Source: Candidatus Aenigmatarchaeota archaeon
Lineage (GTDB): Archaea > Aenigmatarchaeota > Aenigmatarchaeia > CG10238-14
NCBI GenBank assembly: GCA_026414305.1
Contig: JAOAJH010000003.1
Span: 64,994-128,993, forward strand
DNA: 64,000 nt
Reading direction: 5' to 3'
The notes under the pieces are model-generated. The model had not been told where the DNA came from and did no database searches. It worked only from the letters and a program-made list of their open reading frames with translations. Position numbers and translations under genes: made by a program. Position 1 is the stretch's first letter. Each line of letters begins with the position of its first letter. Shown in pieces: positions 56,638 to 64,000 of the stretch.

Positions 56638-57560
56638 ATCAACCAAACACCATTCTTTATCAGTTTTTTATTGTCAGCTATCAGCGTTGGTTTTAAAATT
56701 ATTCCATCCTGATGAAACTGAACTTTGTTTTTTCCGCCATAAGAAGTGTTGTTACCAAATGCTATGTGAACTGTTCCCAAGACCTTTTCATCTTCCAAAA
56801 CGTTCCCTATTACTTTTGCCTTGGGGTTTGTGCCTATTCCGAGTTCAGCGACAATTCTTACCTTTTCCCCAATTTCATTGATTTTTTCAATCATTTTCTG
56901 AGATCCTTTTATATCGTATGCCACGCCTTCTCTCACTTTAAACTCAATTTTGTCTCCATAACTACCCATTTTGTCAATTATTATCCTTCCTTTTGAGCTA
57001 AAATCATTAGGAGATGTGTCTACTTCGCCTGCAGGCAAATTACCGAAATCTCCAGGTTTGTGATAAAGCCCTTCATCGATGTCCCAATCGTACATACCAA
57101 ATTGCATTTCAAAATCTGTTCCGTTTTTAGAAATTATTTTTATGTTTTTAGAATTTTTAATTGCAAAAAACATTTTCAAGCAAAGTTTTTTTATTACATT
57201 ATAATCTGCTGTTAACCCACCGTGAATCAAGGAAAACTTGGTTATGCCTGGCATCGAAGCAATTCTTGCGCCTGATTTGCATGCTTTGATTCTTGCTTTT
57301 GTATGACTTAAAGACTTTGACGTTATAAGGAATTCAGCTTGATATTCTTTCATTAATTTGGCCGTATTCACATCAGGCTCTTGACCGTTTGTTTGAAGCG
57401 GTTCTATTAAATGAACAGTTGTTTTTGCTTTTGTTTTCAAACATTCATTTTTTATAGCTTTGACAATTTTTTGATCTGCTTTTTCATCTGTGATTATTAA
57501 AACTCTGTCTTTTTCAGAAATTTTCATACATTGGTTAACAGCTATTTTTGCGCCTAACAT
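56634..57560 (-). CDS. M29-type aminopeptidase (second copy)
   Basis: SLSHT.AR, NLPAGEV, AELGIGTN, EDEKVLGTVHIAFG and HQD motifs. Start could be 57593. Confidence 0.9.
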   Translation of the reverse strand: MLGAKIAVNQCMKISEKDRVLIITDEKADQKIVKAIKNECLKTKAKTTVHLIEPLQTNGQEPDVNTAKLMKEYQAEFLITSKSLSHTKARIKACKSGARIASMPGITKFSLIHGGLTADYNVIKKLCLKMFFAIKNSKNIKIISKNGTDFEMQFGMYDWDIDEGLYHKPGDFGNLPAGEVDTSPNDFSSKGRIIIDKMGSYGDKIEFKVREGVAYDIKGSQKMIEKINEIGEKVRIVAELGIGTNPKAKVIGNVLEDEKVLGTVHIAFGNNTSYGGKNKVQFHQDGIILKPTLIADNKKLIKNGVWLI

Positions 57561-57564
57561 TTGC

Positions 57565-59907
57565 TCAACTGTTTTTCTTTTTCTTTCTTTCATTTTTCCA
57601 TTCTTCAAAAACTCTTTCTGCTGCTTCGATGGCCTTATCTTCTGTTGTTTTCAAGACGTCACATGTTTGTCTCAGAATTTCTGCCTTTTCTCTTAAATAT
57701 TTCTCAGCTACATCACCAGAGCAAAATTCTATTCTAACTACGCCATCCTGTATCCTCTTTGTTTTCAGTATTTTTATATATCCTATTTCTTTTGTTTTGT
57801 CCACGTGCGTTCCGCCGCAAGCTTGGCTGTTAAAGCCAGATAATGTTATTATTCTTACTTTTTTAGATGGAACATAACCACCTTGATAAATTGTAAAACC
57901 AAATTTCTTTTCTGCTTCTGTTCTGTCATACCATTCTTTTTTTACGATGACGTTTTTTTCAATTATTTCATTTGCAATTCTTTCAATTTCTTTGACTTGC
58001 TGTTCTGTCAAACTATCAAAATGAGTTATGTCAAGTCTTGCTTTCTCTGTTGTTTTTTCAGCGCCATGTTGCCACACCCATGATCCCAACACTTTTTTTG
58101 CTGCTGTAAATATTACATGGGTTGCTGTGTGATGTCTTGTGTGAATCATTCTTCTGGAAACGTTTATTTTGCATTCTACGTCATTTCCTTCTTTAACGCT
58201 GCCCATTATTTTGTGTACGACCACATTACCTATTTTTTGAACGTCTATGACAGGTTGACCATTAATAAATCCCATGTCTGCTTTTTGCCCGCCACTTTCA
58301 GGATAGAAATATGTCTTGTCCAAAACCACATATTGATTATTTATAAAACGCAAAACCTTTGCCTTAAACTCCATTTTTTTCTCGTCATCATAATACATCA
58401 ACTGTGTTGGAGGCAAACCAGAAATATCTATTTCTTGCCTTGATATTTGCTCTTCTTCTTTCATGTGCATTGCAGCTATTTTTGAATAAAAATCTTCTGG
58501 TATTTTTATATCTGGCTTATGTTGCGCAATCAATTCTGGATTTATACCTTCAGAATCATATAGCCTTATCATTTCTTCTTCTGTTATATCTTGACCTTTC
58601 TGAACTATTTCCTCGACAATTCTTTGTGCCCTGCTTTTACTTGTGTTATATCTCTTTCTTTCAACGTCAAATATAACATTTACATCATCAATATGCTCTT
58701 TTAATTCAGGTGAAAAATACTCAAGCTGCTTTGCATGCAATTCGCACACTTTAATCAAATCTATGTTAAATTTAAGATCATCCAAAAAACTAAACATTCG
58801 TCTCATTATTATCCTTAAATTATAGCCACCACCAACATTGCTCGGAAGTGCTCCGTCAGAAATTGCAAATGTCAATGCTCTTGTATGATCTGCAATTGCA
58901 TACATTGCCTCAAAAGGTTTTACTTTGGCAACAAGATCCTCAACCTTTATGTTAAGGTCTTTTGATATTTTTGCTCTTGCCTTTTTTAAATCGCCTGCTT
59001 CCTCTATGTTCAAACTTCCGGCCAAACGAGAATATTTTTGGAAAAAATCCCAATCTGCTTTCAAGCCTATTTGATTTATCATATATTTTATTACCGGCTC
59101 AAAAACAACATCATAAGCAGTCGAAGTTCCGTTAGTTATCCATGACATTCTTTCCAAGCCAGCTCCCATGTCTATAACTTTTGGTGACATTTCTTTGTAA
59201 TTGTCAATTGTGCCTGAAAATTCTGTGAAAACTGCATTTCCAAGCTCTAGACCCCTTGAGTAGTATTCTAATGACGGCCCAAAGGCACTTGGTCCTGCCC
59301 ACATGTCTTCTATAAACATTACCTCTCTTTCAGGTATTCCTAAAACTTTTGTTACCATATCAAAATCAAGTCTTATGCACTCGTCTTTCCAATATCCTTG
59401 TTTGCCATCATAAAATCCGGCTTGTCCGACCATGTTAAAGCATGTGAAATGTTTACCTGTTATACCTACATTTGGTATGTCATTGAATCTTAAGCAAAAT
59501 TGGGGCACTATTACAGGGTTTGCCGGGAATTCAAAAACAAGCTGGTTGTTTTCAACTCTGTAAAAATCTATTATAGAAGCTATGTTGAAAAACAAAGGAT
59601 ACCATCTGCAAACAACAGGATATCTTCTTAGTGATGTATGATTGTTTTTCACAAAAAACTTTTCTATTGCCTTCCACGTTTCTACATAATCCATTCTGTT
59701 TTTTGTAGGTGGATTTCCTATAAATTCGTAAAATCTGCAAGGTTGATCATCGCATGTTTTCCTTTCTGTGTCTAAAGTCCAGAAAAATTTTCCGCATGAT
59801 ATACATTTTTTTCTTTCAAAACCTTTTTCTGAAAATAGGGATACTTTCCAATATTTTTCAGGATCTTGCTGGAATTTCTTCATCAAAGCTTTTTTGTCAA
59901 TTGGCAT
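57565..59907 (-). CDS. alaS: Alanyl-tRNA synthetase, archaeal type, lacking a full C-Ala domain
   Basis: N-terminal CxxC..FWT; QFCLRFND; IDMGAGLER; ADHTR; editing motifs HTATH and CGGTH. Confidence 0.96.
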   Translation of the reverse strand: MPIDKKALMKKFQQDPEKYWKVSLFSEKGFERKKCISCGKFFWTLDTERKTCDDQPCRFYEFIGNPPTKNRMDYVETWKAIEKFFVKNNHTSLRRYPVVCRWYPLFFNIASIIDFYRVENNQLVFEFPANPVIVPQFCLRFNDIPNVGITGKHFTCFNMVGQAGFYDGKQGYWKDECIRLDFDMVTKVLGIPEREVMFIEDMWAGPSAFGPSLEYYSRGLELGNAVFTEFSGTIDNYKEMSPKVIDMGAGLERMSWITNGTSTAYDVVFEPVIKYMINQIGLKADWDFFQKYSRLAGSLNIEEAGDLKKARAKISKDLNIKVEDLVAKVKPFEAMYAIADHTRALTFAISDGALPSNVGGGYNLRIIMRRMFSFLDDLKFNIDLIKVCELHAKQLEYFSPELKEHIDDVNVIFDVERKRYNTSKSRAQRIVEEIVQKGQDITEEEMIRLYDSEGINPELIAQHKPDIKIPEDFYSKIAAMHMKEEEQISRQEIDISGLPPTQLMYYDDEKKMEFKAKVLRFINNQYVVLDKTYFYPESGGQKADMGFINGQPVIDVQKIGNVVVHKIMGSVKEGNDVECKINVSRRMIHTRHHTATHVIFTAAKKVLGSWVWQHGAEKTTEKARLDITHFDSLTEQQVKEIERIANEIIEKNVIVKKEWYDRTEAEKKFGFTIYQGGYVPSKKVRIITLSGFNSQACGGTHVDKTKEIGYIKILKTKRIQDGVVRIEFCSGDVAEKYLREKAEILRQTCDVLKTTEDKAIEAAERVFEEWKNERKKKKNS

Positions 59908-59939
59908 AAAAATTAATACAAGTTTAATTTTTTAAATCA

Positions 59940-60485
59940 TTATTCCTTGCAGCAGTCTATTGCTTTTTGAAAAGCTTGTTTTAATTTGTTTACAAACCCC
60001 TTTTCGTTTTTATCAACTGGAAGATAGTTCTCCTTTTTAGAATCTTCTATTATCTTTTTCTTGTCTATATCCTTTGCATTTATTAAACCTAAATTCAGAC
60101 CCCAAAACATTGTATATAGCGTATATGAATCCTCAAACAGTTCCTTTGCTTCTTTTTTGTTTCCTTTGCTAAGCTGTTTTGTACCAACTTCCATTAATCT
60201 CATTGACGCAGCCAAAAGATGCTTTGAAATGCACCAAACCTCTCCTTCATAATCTTTTATTATTTTTTTGAGCATTCTTTTTCTTATTTCCCTTATTTCG
60301 TTCAGCATCACAAAATACTTGTCTTTACCTGTTTTCATTGCTGTAAAAAATAGATGCTCTTCAATGCTAATAAGATTCATTATGCCTATGCTCAAATCTT
60401 CATCAGAAGACAAATCAAGTTTTTTTTCTTTTATGACCTTATCGACTTTGGATATGAAATCATCAACTTTATCCATACTCACCAC
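59940..60485 (-). CDS. Helical protein ending in DCCKE
   Basis: NLISIEEH, WCISKHLL..SMRLMEVG; tightly packed with the two upstream genes. Confidence 0.7.
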   Translation of the reverse strand: MVSMDKVDDFISKVDKVIKEKKLDLSSDEDLSIGIMNLISIEEHLFFTAMKTGKDKYFVMLNEIREIRKRMLKKIIKDYEGEVWCISKHLLAASMRLMEVGTKQLSKGNKKEAKELFEDSYTLYTMFWGLNLGLINAKDIDKKKIIEDSKKENYLPVDKNEKGFVNKLKQAFQKAIDCCKE

Positions 60486-60486
60486 C

Positions 60487-60987
60487 TTATCCCAATATGC
60501 CTAAAATCAAATAAAAAGATATGCTCGCTATTAGCAGAAAAAGTAAAGGCAATATTACCTTTTGGTATGGAAACAGAACTTTGTTTTGGTTTATCTTCCT
60601 CAAATACCTGTCGAAATAAATAGATTTCAAAAATGCTACTGTTCCAACAAACATTCCAAAAATTATCTTGTCAATACCAAAAAATGTATTTAGCGGATGG
60701 CCTATTATTTGACCTAAATAAAATGGAATTATCACAAGCAAATAAAATGACAAAAAAACTATTTGATCCCTGAAAATAAATTTTATCTTCTTTTTTTCCA
60801 GCCAATCAATTGTCCAAAATGACATTGATATTAGCAAACCTCCTATCCATATCGATGTTATCAAGTCATCTATACCCATGTATCTAAATAAACCCAGTCC
60901 AGCACCCACAGCAATTGTGCATAATGGACATACTGCTTTTGCGTATGGAAGCAAAAGCAATGATATCAAAAGAACAAAAATTTTCAC
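60487..60987 (-). CDS. Multi-TM membrane protein with N-terminal CPLC
   Basis: Signal-like N-terminus, AVCPLCT, GIDD..W.GG and FPYQK. Confidence 0.75.
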   Translation of the reverse strand: MKIFVLLISLLLLPYAKAVCPLCTIAVGAGLGLFRYMGIDDLITSIWIGGLLISMSFWTIDWLEKKKIKFIFRDQIVFLSFYLLVIIPFYLGQIIGHPLNTFFGIDKIIFGMFVGTVAFLKSIYFDRYLRKINQNKVLFPYQKVILPLLFLLIASISFYLILGILG

Positions 60988-61358
60988 TCAACATCACCTA
61001 AAACTTTAAGCAAGTCTATGCAATCTTTGTCACCAACGTAGCACTTGCCGTCATAATATATCATTGGTACCCCGAGATTGTTTTCATTTATGCCGCATTT
61101 ACTTGCGTATGAAATCATTTTATTAAGATTAGCCCTGTTATTGTAAACTTCTAAACTTTCTATTTTCAATTTCACATCAAGATTGTTTTGCTCTATAAAT
61201 ACCTCAACATTCTTGCAATGTGGGCATGTTATTCCATAAAAAAACAATATTTTGCCAGTATCAGATGATTGTTTGTTCTTATAAATAGCATAAAGCGATA
61301 GAATCAATATTAAGCTAATTATGACAAAACCCACAAAAACTTTTACAGCCTTGCTCAT
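60984..61358 (-). CDS. Membrane-anchored thioredoxin/glutaredoxin-fold protein
   Basis: N-terminal TM; FFYGITCPHC; GVP cis-Pro loop; GD. Confidence 0.88.
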   Translation of the reverse strand: MSKAVKVFVGFVIISLILILSLYAIYKNKQSSDTGKILFFYGITCPHCKNVEVFIEQNNLDVKLKIESLEVYNNRANLNKMISYASKCGINENNLGVPMIYYDGKCYVGDKDCIDLLKVLGDVE

Positions 61359-61459
61359 GAAAATACCTCTTTAAAAGGTATATTTCAATCTTATAAAATT
61401 TAACTATTTCTATTTAATAGAAAAGCAAACCTATAAATGAAGTGTTTTAATATATTCTT

Positions 61460-62062
61460 ATGACATCGGAATATTTTGTAAACATAAAACCCAAAGATGT
61501 AAGTTTTGATAGCATTGAAGAAGTAAATAATGTTCTGATAAAAAACAAACCTTGGTTCCTGATACTTACAAACAATAAGATAGAAAACAATTCAATAATT
61601 TTTGATGACGAAAATGCCGGCTCATTTGCTTCAATAAAAAAAGATGGTGAAATAGAATACAGAGAAAAAGTCTTTCTTGATAATAAAATAGACATAATAA
61701 GAACAATAGCAATAGTATGTGGTATTTTCAAAATGGGAAAAATTGTATATGCTAAAAAACCAAACACCGTTTTCAGATTTTATATGAAAATAGATAATTT
61801 AAATGGGAAGACAGTTTTAGAGAATGAAGATCTTGCTATTTTTGGTGAAATAAAAATTGAAGCAGACAAGGTCGAAATAAACAGGGAATTTTCATTTGAT
61901 AAAAATTTCGATGCGTACAAATCTGTGAAAGAAATCGTTTCAGAGTTTTGCAAAGAAATAGACTTTCCTTTTGATGATGGTCTGCTGCAAAAAGAGATAG
62001 AAAATGCTATTAGCGTTCTAGACAATCCTCTTATGTTTGCAAAAAAAATCAACCTGCAATAG
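61460..62062 (+). CDS. Hypothetical protein
   Basis: 200-aa ORF; no recognisable motif. Confidence 0.6.
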   Translation: MTSEYFVNIKPKDVSFDSIEEVNNVLIKNKPWFLILTNNKIENNSIIFDDENAGSFASIKKDGEIEYREKVFLDNKIDIIRTIAIVCGIFKMGKIVYAKKPNTVFRFYMKIDNLNGKTVLENEDLAIFGEIKIEADKVEINREFSFDKNFDAYKSVKEIVSEFCKEIDFPFDDGLLQKEIENAISVLDNPLMFAKKINLQ

Positions 62063-62489
62063 TTCTTCCAACTTGGGATTTTATAGAAAACAATTCGCTC
62101 AAAGTTTCAATCATTTTAGGTTCAAAAGATATCAAGTCAGTTGCAGTTATTATTCCAACCAGTTTGCCGCCATCAATAACTGGAAGTCTTTTTATCTTAT
62201 TTTCAACCATTTTTTCAGCTGCATTTTGCAAATCATCTTCAGGACTTATTGATATAACTTTGCTTGACATTATGTCAGAAACCTTAACCTTCTCTGGATC
62301 CTTTTTGGTTGCAACTATTTTTCCTATAATGTCGCTTTCTGTCACTATGCCTAAAACCTTGTCATTTTCCATAACAAGCAGGCTTCCTATTCTCATTTGC
62401 GACATTATTTCTGCTGCTTCTTTTATAGTTGCGTGTGGTTTTGCCACAACAACTTGAGGATTCATTACGTCTTTAACTTGTGCTGCCAT
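62049..62489 (-). CDS. CBS-pair (Bateman) domain protein
   Basis: VKDVM, IGSLLV, GIVTESD, IKRLPV and GIITATD motifs. Confidence 0.95.
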   Translation of the reverse strand: MAAQVKDVMNPQVVVAKPHATIKEAAEIMSQMRIGSLLVMENDKVLGIVTESDIIGKIVATKKDPEKVKVSDIMSSKVISISPEDDLQNAAEKMVENKIKRLPVIDGGKLVGIITATDLISFEPKMIETLSELFSIKSQVGRTIAG

Positions 62490-62518
62490 ACGAATAATAT
62501 TTAGAAAGCTTGCTTATA

Positions 62519-64000
62519 TTATTTTTTGTCAAAAGCTATTTGAATTGTTATATCATCAAGTTCAACCTTGCTTGTGTATTTGCCTTTAAGTTTGCCAAAA
62601 AAAACTGATTTTGCACCAACCTCTTTTTCAAGATCTTTTGCGAACTTTTTAATCATGTCTTCTGTTTTCTTGTCTGACGATATAGACAACTCAATACTAT
62701 CTGATATTACAAAGCTGTTTTTCTTTCTTGTTTCTTGTATTGATCTTACAACCTCTCTATACAACATTTCAGCATATATGTTTTCATCCTTTTCTAAATC
62801 CAAGTATAGCTTGAGATTTTCCAAAATTGCTTCTGAAAACTTGCCTTTTGGTAGTTTTTTGGCGACAACAATATCTTTCACATTGCATGAAAACTTCAAT
62901 ACATCCTGAAGGTTTTTAATTGTGTCCAACACATCTTTGCTGTTGCTTATTACAACAAGTCTTTTCAAGGGCCATTTGAGTTTTATTTTTTCTTTTTGCC
63001 TTATGTTTGTAGACGCTTCAAAAATGTCTCTAGCTATTTTCATTTGTTTTTCCAATTCCAAATTCACCAATTTTTTATCTGGGATTGGTAAATCTGTCAT
63101 ATGAACAGATTCTGACTCTCCTTTGAATAACTGCTGGTAATAGTATTCTGACAAAAATGGTGTTATTGGTGCCAACATTTTCAGCAAAACTTCAGAAACT
63201 TTATTTAGTGTGTAAAATGCTGCAATTTTATCGCTTTTCTCGTATGTTGGCCACACTCTGTCCCTAACCAGTTTTATATACCACCTTGAAAAATCATTTA
63301 ATATAAAGTCTTGCAAAAGTTGTACTGCTTTGTGAATGTTATAACTCTGCAAATTAGTATCATATTCTGACAAAACTGAATTTAACCTTGAGAGTATCCA
63401 CTTGTCCTCTATTTTAAGTTCCGGTTTCTTGGTTGTTTTTTGAGAATATGTTTTTACAAAATTGAATGTATTTCTTAGTATGTTTAGGTTTTTCGCCACA
63501 TTTTCAGTGTCCTTCCAGTTAAAGTAAAAATCATCCCATGCTGGGCTTGAAAGCAAATAAAATCTCAGAACATCTCTTCCATATTTTTTTATTATATCTT
63601 CAGGTTGCACTATGTTCCCTTTACTCTTTGACATCTTGTTTCCGTGTGCGTCTAAAACAAAACCATGAAACAATATGTTTGTGAATGGCGCTTGACCAAA
63701 GGTTATGTAGCTTGTTATGATCTGGGAATTCCACCAACCTCTTATTTGGTCCGGACCTTCTACTTGAAAGTCACATGGCCACAATCTCTTGAATTTTTCC
63801 TTGTCTCTTGGGTAATCCAAGCTTGACCATGCAGCAAGCCCAGAATCAAACCAAACATCAAGCACGTCTGGAACTCTTTTCATCTCTCCTTTACATTCGC
63901 ATGTTATTTTAACTTGATCTATGAAAGGCCTGTGAAGATCATCAACTTTAACAGGAAGATCGTCTCTTGATTCAAAAATTTTCATTTTTCCGCATCTTTC
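62519..64000 (-). CDS. ileS: Isoleucyl-tRNA synthetase, C-terminal part (5' end outside the window)
   Basis: DLHRPFID, DVLDVWFDSG, EGPDQIRGW, KMSKS and SRWYIKLVR motifs. Confidence 0.94.
   Translation of the reverse strand, partial: ERCGKMKIFESRDDLPVKVDDLHRPFIDQVKITCECKGEMKRVPDVLDVWFDSGLAAWSSLDYPRDKEKFKRLWPCDFQVEGPDQIRGWWNSQIITSYITFGQAPFTNILFHGFVLDAHGNKMSKSKGNIVQPEDIIKKYGRDVLRFYLLSSPAWDDFYFNWKDTENVAKNLNILRNTFNFVKTYSQKTTKKPELKIEDKWILSRLNSVLSEYDTNLQSYNIHKAVQLLQDFILNDFSRWYIKLVRDRVWPTYEKSDKIAAFYTLNKVSEVLLKMLAPITPFLSEYYYQQLFKGESESVHMTDLPIPDKKLVNLELEKQMKIARDIFEASTNIRQKEKIKLKWPLKRLVVISNSKDVLDTIKNLQDVLKFSCNVKDIVVAKKLPKGKFSEAILENLKLYLDLEKDENIYAEMLYREVVRSIQETRKKNSFVISDSIELSISSDKKTEDMIKKFAKDLEKEVGAKSVFFGKLKGKYTSKVELDDITIQIAFDKK

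Overview
AT-rich archaeal chromosomal DNA (rpoN/rpoK, archaeal-type TyrS/AlaS/IleS, SAMP/ThiS, tRNA genes without encoded CCA, GGTG(A/G) ribosome-binding sites). A small-genome DPANN-type lineage is plausible but cannot be proven from this window. Housekeeping and scavenging genes lie at both ends (1-11 kb, 54-64 kb). The middle holds a ~42-kb accessory locus built around one 33.7-kb ORF (11,248 aa). This giant, sequon- and Cys-rich surface protein has 20 copies of a ~330-aa repeat and ends in a transmembrane helix fused to a cytoplasmic HerA/FtsK-type P-loop ATPase with intact motifs. It is translationally coupled to an upstream membrane-tethered HTH protein. A soluble paralog of that HTH lies ~2.7 kb away, and both genes have the same palindromic 15-mer upstream. 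Downstream are a coiled-coil/SHOCT-like protein, a PAS histidine kinase, a multi-TM protein, a receiver protein and a degenerate CheC. All calls come from motif reading by eye; no searches were run.
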